Below, one piece after another: positions 47,919 to 58,600 of a stretch of DNA of 64,000 nt. Numbering within the stretch: position 1 is the first letter of the stretch; each line of letters opens with the position of its first letter. The notes under the pieces are model-generated. The model did not search any database. It was not told where the DNA came from and saw nothing but the letters and a program-made list of their open reading frames with translations. Source of the DNA: Nitrospirota bacterium (GTDB lineage: Bacteria; Nitrospirota; UBA9217). The translations under genes and the position numbers were made by a program. The stretch is from NCBI GenBank assembly GCA_963663225.1, contig OY760142.1:1536001-1600000 (forward strand), in the 5' to 3' direction.

Positions 47919-49982
47919 ATGAAAAATCCCATCTTTGTGAAACCGGGGATGTCGGCCCGGGAAATTGTCAAGGCGGTCCGTTCTCTCAAGTGCGTGTCGT
48001 TCACATCGGTCAGCATGCGGGACGCCAGCCAGTCCGATTTTAAAAGCCGGATTCGGAGCTACGATTTAAAAACCCTTGCCGCCCATTACAACAACATGGG
48101 GCTGTTCAGCGCGGAGTGCCACGGCGGAGCCCGCTGGCATGTGGGCATCATGAGCAGAAAAGAAAGCCCTTTTGAAGAGACCGCCATTTTCCGGAAGCAC
48201 ATGCCGAATGTGCTGCAACAGACCCTTATCCGGGAGACGAACCTGTGGGGGTATCGCCCCTATCCGAAAAACGTCATCGAACATGTGGTCTCACAGGTGG
48301 ACATTGATGTATGGCGCTGTTTCTCGTTCCTGAACGACGTGCGCAACATGCGCACCGTGGCGGAAGTGGTGATGAAGCGGGGAAAGCTGTTCGAACCGAC
48401 CATAGCGTTCACGGTGGCGGATTGGGCGACCAACGAGTATTACCTCGGCGTCGTGCGGGACATCGTCAGCCTTTGCGGGGGCACCGATGAAATCGTGCTG
48501 TGCATTAAGGACATGGCGGGTGTGGGCGATGTCTGCCGGGTCGGCAACCTGGTAGATGCGATCAAACAAGCGTATCCGGACGTGGTCATCAATTATCACC
48601 GGCACATTACGGACGGCCTTGCGATTCCGGCGTTCCTTTCGGCAGCGCGTGCCGGAGCGATGATTTTCGATGTTGAAGAGGATTCTCTCGTTCGGTTTTA
48701 CGGACATTCGCCGGTGCTCGCGGTGAACGCGATATTTCGGGAGGCCGGAATTCCGGTGCATCTCAACCTGCCGGAAGCGGAAGCAGCCGTGCAAAAAGTC
48801 AGGGAATGGATCGGGCATTATGAATGGGCGGAATCGCCCTTCAAAGGGCTTGACTATACGGTAACGCATCACAGAATGCCGGGTGGCGCCTTCGCCAGTT
48901 CTTTCGAACAGGCGAACAAGGGCGAGTTTCTGCCGCTTATGCCCGCCATCCTGAAGTTTATGTCGCTGTACAACAAAATCGTAAAGTATTTCGACGTTAC
49001 GCCCGGCTCGCAGATTACCTGGGTGACCTGCGGCGGGATCGTGAACCGGTATGCAAAAGAACGGGGTGAAGCGGGGGTCAACCATATTATTGACCTGCTG
49101 AGCCGGTTTGTTGAAGAAAAAAATCAGAATTTTGCCGCCCTGAGCCAAGACGAGCAGGAAGAAATGCTTCAATTGTTCCGGAATGCGCCGGGTGATTTTA
49201 AAAACCTGCTGCTCGGAGATTACGGGAAACTGCCCAGCGGCTGGCCTGCGGACTGGGTCTATCAGAGCACGTTCAACGATGAATGGAAAACGCGCATACA
49301 GGAGCGAACAGAGCTTTCCCCGCTTGAGGCTGTGCCGGATGATGATTTGGACAAGATCCGGCAGGAATTGACCGCCAGAATCGGAAGGGCGGCAACCGAG
49401 GAAGAATTTATTCTCTATTTGATGCATCCGAAAGATTCCCTGGAATTCATTGCCTTCAAGGGGAGCTTCGGCGAAGCACCGCTGGTGCTGCCAACCAATG
49501 TCTGGAGATCGGGCCTGCACAAGCCGGGGGACAGGGTTGATTTCGAGCTTTGGGGAAAACCGTACACCATAGAACTTGTCTCGGTCGGTACGGAGCACGC
49601 GGGCATCATTCATGTCGTGATGAGGATCAACAACAAAACGAAAGTGTATCTTGTTGAGACGCCCCGGGCAAAGAAATCCGAGATACGGATGGCCAAAGGG
49701 CCGCTTGACATCGGGGCGCCGATCAACGGCAGTGTCTGGAGAATCGGCAACGCGGCGCGCGGCGCGGTCAAGGTGGGAGACATCGTGCGCAAGGGAGAAG
49801 AGATCGCGAATCTTGAGGCGATGAAAATGGAAAACGTGATTCTTGCGCCCATTGACGGCCATATCGCAGAAGTCTGTGTTAAGCTGAACGACACGGTACA
49901 GGAAGGCCAGCTTCTCTTTGTGATTGAGAAAAACGCGGGCAAAGCAAAGCTTTCCGAAGAAGAGTGCGTTGTGCAGATGTAA
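47919..49982 (+). CDS. carboxyltransferase plus biotin carrier subunit (pyruvate carboxylase subunit B-like)
   Basis: RDASQS, IKDMAG, HxH, MPGG, VTPGSQ, biotinylation site EAMKM. Confidence 0.88.
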   Translation: MKNPIFVKPGMSAREIVKAVRSLKCVSFTSVSMRDASQSDFKSRIRSYDLKTLAAHYNNMGLFSAECHGGARWHVGIMSRKESPFEETAIFRKHMPNVLQQTLIRETNLWGYRPYPKNVIEHVVSQVDIDVWRCFSFLNDVRNMRTVAEVVMKRGKLFEPTIAFTVADWATNEYYLGVVRDIVSLCGGTDEIVLCIKDMAGVGDVCRVGNLVDAIKQAYPDVVINYHRHITDGLAIPAFLSAARAGAMIFDVEEDSLVRFYGHSPVLAVNAIFREAGIPVHLNLPEAEAAVQKVREWIGHYEWAESPFKGLDYTVTHHRMPGGAFASSFEQANKGEFLPLMPAILKFMSLYNKIVKYFDVTPGSQITWVTCGGIVNRYAKERGEAGVNHIIDLLSRFVEEKNQNFAALSQDEQEEMLQLFRNAPGDFKNLLLGDYGKLPSGWPADWVYQSTFNDEWKTRIQERTELSPLEAVPDDDLDKIRQELTARIGRAATEEEFILYLMHPKDSLEFIAFKGSFGEAPLVLPTNVWRSGLHKPGDRVDFELWGKPYTIELVSVGTEHAGIIHVVMRINNKTKVYLVETPRAKKSEIRMAKGPLDIGAPINGSVWRIGNAARGAVKVGDIVRKGEEIANLEAMKMENVILAPIDGHIAEVCVKLNDTVQEGQLLFVIEKNAGKAKLSEEECVVQM

Positions 49983-50362
49983 GCGGTGACTTCTTCTCAA
50001 TTCAATATCACCCGGTATCCTGATGCCGTTTACCAGGTCGCCTGTTACGGGGTGAGAAACAGGAAAAATAAGACTACAGGACCGATAAGCTGCTATACCC
50101 TGTACCGAATAAACGGTATACCAGCAGTTGCAGTACCACATTTTATCCAAAGCAGACAACAACGAAGCCTTCTCTAGTCATGTCTTACGCTGTGAAAACA
50201 ACCCCACCTGGTGGCGCCACCAGACGTGATATCTGCCGGTGAAAGAAGGATTTCCGCCCGTTTTTTGCAGAATCTCCCCTTTACTTTTATTTTTTAATCG
50301 TGCATAATGCATCCTACCTTTTAAGGATAGATTTCCTGTTGTGATTATCGAGGAGGATAGTT

Positions 50363-52024
50363 ATGGCAACCGTGAACAGGTTACCCAGATCTCCCTGGCG
50401 GGCAACAATCGAAAGCGCTTTTTTTGCGAACTCGGTGCGCAAGACAACCATGGGGGACCTTTATAAACTGGCACTTCAGCAGCCGGAAGTGATGGCGACA
50501 TCGCATCCTTTTTACAAACCTTCCCAATTCGGCCTGCCGAAAGATGCAAAAGTGCTTGTCTCAAATGATGGCGGCATTGTCGGCAGAACTGCCCGCGCCC
50601 GCAGGCTGGTGCGCTCAATGGGCAAGGACAGGGACAAATTCCTGCGCATCCTGAGCGAGGTGACGTATCAACTCAACAAACGAGAGTGCCTGTGCCTGGA
50701 AGCAATTGTCGGGATACACAAAGACTTTATGGTAAAAGCGCATCTCCTGAGTCCCGCCACCGATGCGAAGAACATGCTGGACTGGGGATGTAATTTTACG
50801 CCTTGGATGAAACCCTGGAGTGAGACGTACAAAAAATCAAAAAAAATCGACGAACCGGACATCCTGGTGTTAACCGATCCGCAGTGGGCGGACCCTGAGT
50901 TCCCGAACGGGCTTGTGATCATCGACGAGGAGGAAAATTGTATTGCCATCCTCGGGCTTCGCTATTTCGGTGAACGGAAAAAAGGGACGCTCACACTGGC
51001 CTGGACGATCGGCGTCAGGCAGAACATGGTGGCGTGCCACGGCGGCATTAAAACCATCGGCAACCATCCGCCCGTAGCAGTGTTCGGCCTTTCAGGTTCC
51101 GGGAAGTCATCCATTACGAACAGCAGCGACCACGAGGGGACCCTGAAGCCGAGCGAAAAAGTGACGATTATCCATGATGACGCGTTTCTTATCGCCCTGG
51201 ATGATAATATTACCGTAGCGCTTGAGCCCAGCCTGTTCGACAAGACCGATTCCGTGGTATTCCGGGATTCCATCATAAAGTATTTTTATTCCGCACAGAA
51301 CGTGGCCGTGACGGACCTCGGGAGCGGAAAACGCGAGATCGTCGGCCAGGACATCAGAAACGACAACGGTCGTTGCATCAAGTCCCGCGACATGTTTACT
51401 ACCGCCGATTCGTGCAGCAGGCCCAAGCAACTCATCTGGCTTCAGAAAGATCAGTCGCTGCCGCCGGTCATGAAAGTGGCCGACAACGGACTTGCCGTGG
51501 CAATGGGGGCGTCGCTCGCCACGCTCCGAGCGAAGGGTGTTGAAAATGTACCCAAAGAGGAGTTGGCGAAGCTGGTGATCGAACCGTTTGCAAATCCCTT
51601 CCGTGTCCATTCACTGGAAGAGGATTGCCGGCAGTTCTTGAAGCTCTTTAAGCTCGGCACCGAATGTTATATTATGAACACGGGCCATTTCGGTCTGCCG
51701 GGTGAGGAAGTCGATATTCCCAAAAAGCTTTCCCTGAACATTGTCACCCAGGTGGTGCGCGGAAAGATTGAATGGCGTGAATGGAAATCCTTCCCGGGTC
51801 TTTTGCTTCCGGCCAACGGGGTTGATCTCTTCGGCCAGGACTATGACAAAAACTACAAGCCCTCAAAACGGCCTGAATATCTTCAGTTCCTCCGGCACCG
51901 CATGCAGGACCGCATCACGTTTTTGTCGAACAAGCGGGACATCGATCACGACATGGACAGCGCATTTATCGATCCGCTTGTGGCAGCAAGAACCGTGATC
52001 GACAGAACACTGAACCCGTTGTAG
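50363..52024 (+). CDS. phosphoenolpyruvate carboxykinase (ATP), divergent
   Basis: YFGERKKG, CHGG, GLSGSGKS, IHDD, NPF, MNTG. Confidence 0.85.
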   Translation: MATVNRLPRSPWRATIESAFFANSVRKTTMGDLYKLALQQPEVMATSHPFYKPSQFGLPKDAKVLVSNDGGIVGRTARARRLVRSMGKDRDKFLRILSEVTYQLNKRECLCLEAIVGIHKDFMVKAHLLSPATDAKNMLDWGCNFTPWMKPWSETYKKSKKIDEPDILVLTDPQWADPEFPNGLVIIDEEENCIAILGLRYFGERKKGTLTLAWTIGVRQNMVACHGGIKTIGNHPPVAVFGLSGSGKSSITNSSDHEGTLKPSEKVTIIHDDAFLIALDDNITVALEPSLFDKTDSVVFRDSIIKYFYSAQNVAVTDLGSGKREIVGQDIRNDNGRCIKSRDMFTTADSCSRPKQLIWLQKDQSLPPVMKVADNGLAVAMGASLATLRAKGVENVPKEELAKLVIEPFANPFRVHSLEEDCRQFLKLFKLGTECYIMNTGHFGLPGEEVDIPKKLSLNIVTQVVRGKIEWREWKSFPGLLLPANGVDLFGQDYDKNYKPSKRPEYLQFLRHRMQDRITFLSNKRDIDHDMDSAFIDPLVAARTVIDRTLNPL

Positions 52025-52080
52025 CACGCAGTACGAGTTTTATTGTACGGCAGAATGACATTGGGTGCATGAAAGAATGA

Positions 52081-52108
52081 GGCCGGGGAGAATTCCCCGG
52101 CCTTTGTT
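52081..52108 (+). terminator. hairpin, probable terminator after PEPCK
   Basis: GGCCGGGGA-GAAT-TCCCCGGCC-TTTGTT. Confidence 0.6.
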
Positions 52109-52154
52109 GCTGAAAACGCACCCCTATCCCTTGAACGGGCGGGAGAACATTCCG

Positions 52155-52598
52155 ATGAAATTCTCAGAGGCAAAACAAGGACGCATATTTATACTCCGGC
52201 TGGAAAATGGTGACGTGCTGCATGAGAGTATTGAATCGTTTGCCCGCGAACAGCATATCAACGCGGCGGCTCTCATCGTGCTGGGCGGCGCAGACGCTGA
52301 CAGCAGGCTGGTCGTGGGTCCTGAGCAGAGATGTGCTCATCCCGTTGTTCCCATGGAAACGATGCTCAAGAATGTTCACGAAATTGCGGGGACCGGCACT
52401 CTTTTCCCCGACGCAACAGGCCAGCCGGTTTTGCATATGCACATTGCCGCGGGCCGGGAAGAAAAAACCATAACCGGATGCGTGCGCCGGGGAGTGACTG
52501 CGTGGCATGTGATGGAAGTTGTGCTGTGGGAACTGACGGAAACCACAGGAAAACGGCTCATGGATTCCGCAATAGGTTTTGAGTTGCTGCAGCCGTAG
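52155..52598 (+). CDS. PPC/DUF296 domain protein
   Basis: ILRLENG, EIAGTG, LHMH motif. Confidence 0.85.
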   Translation: MKFSEAKQGRIFILRLENGDVLHESIESFAREQHINAAALIVLGGADADSRLVVGPEQRCAHPVVPMETMLKNVHEIAGTGTLFPDATGQPVLHMHIAAGREEKTITGCVRRGVTAWHVMEVVLWELTETTGKRLMDSAIGFELLQP

Positions 52599-52681
52599 AA
52601 ATACCATGACTGATTGCCTGTCTGAGCCACGCCGCGGCGTGTGCGCGGCAGCGCGATAAAGAATTTGAACATGCTGGAGAG

Positions 52682-53212
52682 GTGAAGGTGGATACTAAAC
52701 TTGACATTGTGAATCATCCGGAGAAAATACACGCAACGGCATTTGTTGCTCCTGGTGCTGTCGTGATCGGAAATGTGACCATTGAGGCCGAAGCAAGCCT
52801 GTGGTTTGGCGCGGTCGTCCGGGCCGATACGGACGCGATCGTGATCGGCGAACAAGCCAATGTGCAGGATGGGTGCATCCTGCACGTCGACCGGGGATCG
52901 CCCTGCATTCTGGGCAAACGGGTCACCCTGGGGCATGGCGCTGTTGTGCATGGGGCCACAATCGAAGATGATGTGCTGATCGGCATCAAAGCCATTGTGC
53001 TGAACGGCGCCCGCATAGGACGCGGCAGCGTTATTGCTGCCGGAGCTCTTGTCGCACCGGGAACCATCATTCCGCCGAAGTCCTTGGTAATGGGAGTTCC
53101 GGGAAAGGTGGTCCGTCCGGCAAACGAGTCGGATGCATTGAGAATTAAAACTGCCACCGAGCATTATTGCGCCTATGCGCGCGAATATGCGGTAAAATAC
53201 CCGCGGAGCTGA
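52682..53212 (+). CDS. gamma-class carbonic anhydrase family protein
   Basis: Hexapeptide repeats, NVQDGCILH, GHGAVVHG. Confidence 0.9.
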   Translation: MKVDTKLDIVNHPEKIHATAFVAPGAVVIGNVTIEAEASLWFGAVVRADTDAIVIGEQANVQDGCILHVDRGSPCILGKRVTLGHGAVVHGATIEDDVLIGIKAIVLNGARIGRGSVIAAGALVAPGTIIPPKSLVMGVPGKVVRPANESDALRIKTATEHYCAYAREYAVKYPRS

Positions 53213-53255
53213 GAACAGATATCTGCGGCGTCGTGTTTTCAGCGATCCTTCGCCG

Positions 53256-54725
53256 TTATTTTTTCTGAAGCTCCGGATCGCAGTTCAAATCTCGCAACCC
53301 TTTCTGTGCAAACCAGGTGCATACCTGCTTTAAAATAGGGACTCCACCTTCTCCCTGATCGAGATATATGAGATGGTGCGCTGTTCTGAACAAGTGTTCC
53401 TGCAAGGCGTGACTGCTGAGATGAGAGGCATCACTCGGTCCTTCTCCGGTCAGCTTATAGCGCGTGGGGATTGAATTAACCACATCTGCCAGGTCCCGGA
53501 TTTCTTTTTTGAGGGCGCCGTCGTTCTTGACTGCGCTGCCGCCGAAATCCTCAGCGTAGAGGCGCTGCAGGCTCAGGTGCCAGACCGCACATTCAGCCTG
53601 AAGGTAGTCATACGGATCCGGCATGATGGCATCCGGTCCGACGTTGGGCTGAAACGGGTCGATGCCGGCCTCGAGCGGATAAATATTCAGCTGATTCAGC
53701 AAATCGAGCCTGCGGGCGCTCAACAGGGCGTCGGATGCAGCCGACACATTCCGGGCGTAAAAAAAATCGAATAATTGGCGGGTGTCGACAAGATGTCTCA
53801 GTTCAGGGTTTACACGCGCCGGATACGCGTCAACAACAAATAAAAAACATCCCTTGGGTTTTTCCTTGCTGCGGTATAGTTGCGCCACCATATCAAGCAG
53901 GGTGGTGGTTCCGAGGTTGTCGGATGGCCCGGCGTCGATGATATGTTCATATGTTTCCCGGCCGCCCGCGGAGTGGTTCTTCAGCGTCATATCGTGAAAT
54001 GCGCCGGGGTAAGCGCTCGATGACATGACGGCGTTTGCTACGGGAAATGTATCAAGCCTTGAGTTCAAGCCCTGAAACCGCTCCTCGCTGAAAACAAACC
54101 GCTTTCCTTCGGCCAGAGTCGTGGCATTTATAAGAATGCGGGGCCTGCCGCTGCCCATGTCCTCAAAGGTCCTGCCGTGGAACAGGTTGGCGTCCAGCAC
54201 TTCCTTCATAATGTCACTGCGGTTAAAATTTGTATACCAGTACAGGAGAATGTTCTGAGGAAGCAGCCAGCGGCCGAACCATCGTATTTCAAAATCCTTT
54301 CCCATCTGTCTGCGCACGAAATCAGGATTCCAGTATTGTGCGCTGTGACCGTACAGACCGTAATAGGCCGCAGGAAGAGCGCTGCCAGAGACAGACGATA
54401 TGGCCGTAGCTTTGCTGAGGATGCCCAACTTGTCCAGTTCAAGCAAAACGGCAGACGAGAAATTTGCGGCACGGCTACCGCCGCCGGAAAGCGCGATCCC
54501 GATAAAAATACCATCCGGCAATTCTGCGGTCGTTATGGTTTCCACCGCGCGGGTCTTTTGAGGTGGCTCGCCGGAAGCAAGCGGCTGATTGTGCATGGTG
54601 TCGATTGTCGTAACTAAAATTGAGCAACCGGCCATATCCGCCAGGAACAGCAGGATCAGCAGAAACTTTCCGGTTTTTGCGCAGACACGTTGCAGCGATT
54701 TTCCGTTTTTCTCTGTGAACGTCAT
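53256..54725 (-). CDS. patatin-like phospholipase family lipoprotein
   Basis: ALSGGGSRAA, SSVSGS, SSAYPG, DAG; possible lipobox MAGC. Confidence 0.82.
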   Translation of the reverse strand: MTFTEKNGKSLQRVCAKTGKFLLILLFLADMAGCSILVTTIDTMHNQPLASGEPPQKTRAVETITTAELPDGIFIGIALSGGGSRAANFSSAVLLELDKLGILSKATAISSVSGSALPAAYYGLYGHSAQYWNPDFVRRQMGKDFEIRWFGRWLLPQNILLYWYTNFNRSDIMKEVLDANLFHGRTFEDMGSGRPRILINATTLAEGKRFVFSEERFQGLNSRLDTFPVANAVMSSSAYPGAFHDMTLKNHSAGGRETYEHIIDAGPSDNLGTTTLLDMVAQLYRSKEKPKGCFLFVVDAYPARVNPELRHLVDTRQLFDFFYARNVSAASDALLSARRLDLLNQLNIYPLEAGIDPFQPNVGPDAIMPDPYDYLQAECAVWHLSLQRLYAEDFGGSAVKNDGALKKEIRDLADVVNSIPTRYKLTGEGPSDASHLSSHALQEHLFRTAHHLIYLDQGEGGVPILKQVCTWFAQKGLRDLNCDPELQKK

Positions 54726-54939
54726 GGAGATGGTCCCTCCTTAGATAGTGCTACTATAACCATACGCTTATTTTTCGTCAAGAGACATGAAGAACAGTTG
54801 CGTATAAGGGAGGGGCTTCCGCATGTGAGCAGGATCACACAGGGATTCTCCGCGCGGTGAATATTCACTTTACTTTTTTTTGAATAATGAATATAGTTAA
54901 TCTCGTTATCACTTCAAAGAATATTGAGGAGGATTGTTT

Positions 54940-55356
54940 ATGGAGAGGACCTTCGGCATTATCAAGCCGGATGCAGTCAGCAGGAACATCACGGGAAAAA
55001 TTATTTCAAAAATTGAAGAAAACGGTTTTACCGTTGTTGCCATGAAGAAACTTTGGCTCACCAAAAAACAGGCCGGAGGTTTTTATGCCGTGCACAAGGA
55101 CAAACCCTTTTTCCACGACTTGACGGAGTACATGTCTTCAGGGCCGTGCATCGCCATGGTGCTTGAGAAGAATGATGCCATTGCCGCATGGCGAAAGCTT
55201 ATGGGGGCCACGAACCCTGCAAAAGCCGATCCCGGTACAATCCGGAAGGAGTTTGCGGTTGATCTTGAAAAAAACAGTGTTCATGGCTCTGATGCGCCGG
55301 AGACAGCAGCGTTTGAAATCGCCTATTTCTTCAATAATCTTGAAATGACAGCCTGA
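54940..55356 (+). CDS. ndk: nucleoside diphosphate kinase
   Basis: [22 protein letters not shown]. Confidence 0.97.
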   Translation: MERTFGIIKPDAVSRNITGKIISKIEENGFTVVAMKKLWLTKKQAGGFYAVHKDKPFFHDLTEYMSSGPCIAMVLEKNDAIAAWRKLMGATNPAKADPGTIRKEFAVDLEKNSVHGSDAPETAAFEIAYFFNNLEMTA

Positions 55357-55440
55357 CCCAGGGCCTTGTATCGGCTCCGCTGTGCAATGGCTATGCTGCT
55401 GTTTGCAATAATTTCTGCGTTGACAAAAAGGAGGTTTGTT

Positions 55441-56430
55441 ATGAGAGCAGTTCTTTTTAGACTTCTACTCATCACAGTGCTTGTCGGCCTGATGGCAGGA
55501 TGCTCTTCCGTGACTCCGAAATATACGTTTACGATCAATGAACCGATTGTATCCAATATCAAGTATGACGTCGGCCAGAAAAAACCGGTTGTATTGAAAA
55601 TCGTCGATCAACGAGCGAATAAAACGTTTCACACAGAGATGGGCATGTTATCGGCTGCGCAGGTTTCTCTGGTGAATGCCACAGATCCGATTGCCTGGTT
55701 CTCACAGGCATTGGAAAAAGAATTCGCAGCGCGCGATATCCCTGTGAAAGTTGTAGACAAAAACTCATCCATAACAGCGGATGTGGTTCTCACCATTAAA
55801 CGATACCAGATTACCAGCCGTTTAGTTGCCTGGCTGACCCCCTGGGAATCATACCATTCTTTTCTTGGAGAGCTCGCCTCAGAGGGCAAGACTTATGGAA
55901 TTCGCTCATACTTCTTTAACGGAAAAGTATATGGTGGCGGGCTGAAGGAAATTGAAGATGCGATCTATAATACACCCATGTCGATTCTGGTTAAGGATAT
56001 TGCATCGAAAATAAACCGGTATGCGCTGCAGTATTCTGCAAGCGACGCCAAAATCAGCGAAATCCAGCTTCGCACGCAAAAAAAGATAAAATCACAGGAT
56101 GATGATGCATACCGGCTGGTGCTCGAACTGGGAAATTCGAATAATCCGAATGCGGTAAAATCCCTAGTTGCGTTTTCTGCAATTGAAGATCGGTTTGCCA
56201 GGGCATGTGCTCTTTCCGGCATAGGGACCCTTGGGGCCCAGGACCAGCTCGGATTTCTTAAAAAGAAATACGCAGAACTGAACGGAATTGACAAATTTAT
56301 GGCGCTCAAAGCAATCGGCGATATAGACACCGCTGATGCGATTGATTATGTAAGAAGAATGAGGCACGATCCGATGTACAGCAGTGAGGACGGCTTAAAG
56401 TATGCAGTAGATATATATCTCGAACGATAA
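55441..56430 (+). CDS. lipoprotein with C-terminal HEAT-like repeats
   Basis: Lipobox MAGC; ALSGIG and ALKAIG helical repeats; AGGAGG SD. Confidence 0.75.
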   Translation: MRAVLFRLLLITVLVGLMAGCSSVTPKYTFTINEPIVSNIKYDVGQKKPVVLKIVDQRANKTFHTEMGMLSAAQVSLVNATDPIAWFSQALEKEFAARDIPVKVVDKNSSITADVVLTIKRYQITSRLVAWLTPWESYHSFLGELASEGKTYGIRSYFFNGKVYGGGLKEIEDAIYNTPMSILVKDIASKINRYALQYSASDAKISEIQLRTQKKIKSQDDDAYRLVLELGNSNNPNAVKSLVAFSAIEDRFARACALSGIGTLGAQDQLGFLKKKYAELNGIDKFMALKAIGDIDTADAIDYVRRMRHDPMYSSEDGLKYAVDIYLER

Positions 56431-56566
56431 TATATATTAGTCCGCATGAGCATTCTCTCTGCGTCTGCTCATGGCTGAACTTGATATATCCGCGGAAGTC
56501 TATCCTTAGGTTCCATTCCTAGCAGCAAGCTAATAAATTGCCTGACAATAAAAAAGGAGAAAGAGA

Positions 56567-57454
56567 ATGACCAACTTGGGTTTTGTAGGTCTCGGAATAA
56601 TGGGCAAACCTATGGCAGGACATTTGGCAGCAGCAGGACATACCGTGCACGTTTTTAACCGAACACCAAAAACAGCCCAGGAACTGGGGACAAAAAACTT
56701 TGTTGTGTGCAAGTCAAGCCGTGAAGTTGCTGAGAAATCCGACGTGGTATTTACCATGGTCTCGGACACGCCGGATGTGGAAAAAGTAATTTTCGGCCCT
56801 GAGGGGCTGTTCGATGGGCTCAAACACAGCTCCGTTGTTATTGATATGAGCACAATTTCACCGGTTGCGACAAAGGATTTTGCAAAGCGGCTGTCCGCCA
56901 GGAAAGTCCATATGCTTGATGCACCAGTCTCCGGCGGCCAGGCGGGCGCGGAACAGGCCACCCTTTCCATTATGGTGGGAGGGGAAGCACCGGTATTTGA
57001 GCGCGTGAAACCGTATTTTGATCTGATGGGGAAAAATGTTATTTATATCGGAACAAACGGCGCGGGCCAGACCTGCAAACTGGCAAACCAGATCCTTGTC
57101 GCTGCCACACTGGAAGGAGTGAGCGAGGCGCTTGTCTTTGCATCAAAAGCAGGTGTGGATCCGTCAAAGGTGCGGCAGGCGCTGCTGGGCGGAGCTGCAC
57201 AGAGCCGCATTCTCGATGTTCATGGCAAACGGATGATTGACAGGAACTTTGTACCCGGATTTAAAATAAGTCTCCAGCAAAAAGATCTCAACCTTGTTCT
57301 GCAAACTGCGCGCAGCATGGGAGTCAGTGTCCCTTCAACCGCGATTGCGCAGGAATTCTATAATTCACTGGCAGGACAAGGCTGTGGTGATCTTGATAAT
57401 TCCGCACTTGTGCAGGTCTTAGAAAAACTGGCAGGGAAAATAGTAGAGGAGTAA
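56567..57454 (+). CDS. 2-hydroxy-3-oxopropionate reductase / beta-hydroxyacid dehydrogenase
   Basis: GLGIMG, DAPVSGG, KLANQ, PGF...KDL. Confidence 0.9.
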   Translation: MTNLGFVGLGIMGKPMAGHLAAAGHTVHVFNRTPKTAQELGTKNFVVCKSSREVAEKSDVVFTMVSDTPDVEKVIFGPEGLFDGLKHSSVVIDMSTISPVATKDFAKRLSARKVHMLDAPVSGGQAGAEQATLSIMVGGEAPVFERVKPYFDLMGKNVIYIGTNGAGQTCKLANQILVAATLEGVSEALVFASKAGVDPSKVRQALLGGAAQSRILDVHGKRMIDRNFVPGFKISLQQKDLNLVLQTARSMGVSVPSTAIAQEFYNSLAGQGCGDLDNSALVQVLEKLAGKIVEE

Positions 57455-57496
57455 ATACGAATCAGCCAGGTTCCGGGTCGCCGGACAGAAGCGCAG

Positions 57497-58600
57497 CTAT
57501 TCAGTGCCGCCTGTCAACTCAGCCATAAGCGCCTTGACAGAAAGGACCTGATCAATACGCGCAGCACTGGTCCCGACCGTGTAGAGGGCCTCTTCCTTGT
57601 CCGTATTATAACCGCCTGAGCTCAGCAAACCGTTGCAGATGCAGAAGTGGCTTTCGTTGCTCTCTTTTGCAGGGCAAATCGTGAAATTGCCTTCGGCATC
57701 TTTCAGAAGCACATAGCCTTTATCACATTTGGGTGCGCGCAGCCGTTTAAGAGCGGAGACATACATCGGGGACTGTTTAATTACGCGGAACGGCAGGCCG
57801 CAGGGTGACCCCGGCCGATGCGCGACAACGATGTCCGCTTCCGTTGCATTAACGACGGCCTGTTTATACGCAGGAGTTGCGCTGCTTTCCTCGGTTGCAA
57901 GAAAGCGGGTCCCCATTTGAACGCCGTCTGCCCCCAGCTCCATGAATCGCACGATATCATCGTGTGAATAAATTCCTCCCGCAATAATCACGGGGAAATC
58001 ACCACACTTTAGCGCCAGATCTTTTACCGGTGGAAGAAGATTTTCAAGACGGTTGGATTCAAGATCAACCTGGTCGATCCGGAAACCCAGATGGCCGCCC
58101 GCAAGCGGCCCTTCCAAAACCACTGCGTCAGGCCGGTACCCCAGTTTTTCCCATTTTTTGCAGATGATATCCAGCGCGCGGGCAGATGAAACAATCGGAA
58201 TGAGGGCCGTTTCTTTCGGCGGCTGTATGGCCGGAAGGCCCAGAGGAAGTCCTGCTCCAGAAATAATTGCATCAGCCCCGGCATCGAGGGCTCCTTTTAC
58301 TGAATCGCTATAATCACGGACAAGAGCTGCCATGATGTTAATGCCAACAAACCCTTCTCTGACTTTGGAAAGAGAAATTTCTTCATAGGCGGCTTCATAG
58401 GTGCTTGTTTTCTTATCGTTTCTTTTTGAAACAAGCCTGTCAAGGCAAGCGCTGGAAATAATTCCGAGACCGCCTTCCTGGGCAACTGCTTTTGCCAGTG
58501 GGTGCAGTGACACACCTACCCCCATGCCACCTTGTATGATCGGAACAGAGATTCTTTTTCCTTTTACAATGAGTGGTTTTAGTTTTTTCTGAGAGTTCAA
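57497..58600 (-). CDS. nitronate monooxygenase/FabK-FabX family flavoprotein
   Basis: PIIQGGMGVG, EGPLAGGH, AGGI, GVQMGTRF; Cys-rich C-terminus. Confidence 0.88.
   Translation of the reverse strand: MNSQKKLKPLIVKGKRISVPIIQGGMGVGVSLHPLAKAVAQEGGLGIISSACLDRLVSKRNDKKTSTYEAAYEEISLSKVREGFVGINIMAALVRDYSDSVKGALDAGADAIISGAGLPLGLPAIQPPKETALIPIVSSARALDIICKKWEKLGYRPDAVVLEGPLAGGHLGFRIDQVDLESNRLENLLPPVKDLALKCGDFPVIIAGGIYSHDDIVRFMELGADGVQMGTRFLATEESSATPAYKQAVVNATEADIVVAHRPGSPCGLPFRVIKQSPMYVSALKRLRAPKCDKGYVLLKDAEGNFTICPAKESNESHFCICNGLLSSGGYNTDKEEALYTVGTSAARIDQVLSVKALMAELTGGTE

Noticed and set aside
46387-50162. Long antisense ORFs (500 aa and 623 aa), plus many other shadow ORFs across the window
   Set aside because: They lie opposite well-supported genes and show no motifs; typical antisense shadows in GC-rich coding DNA.
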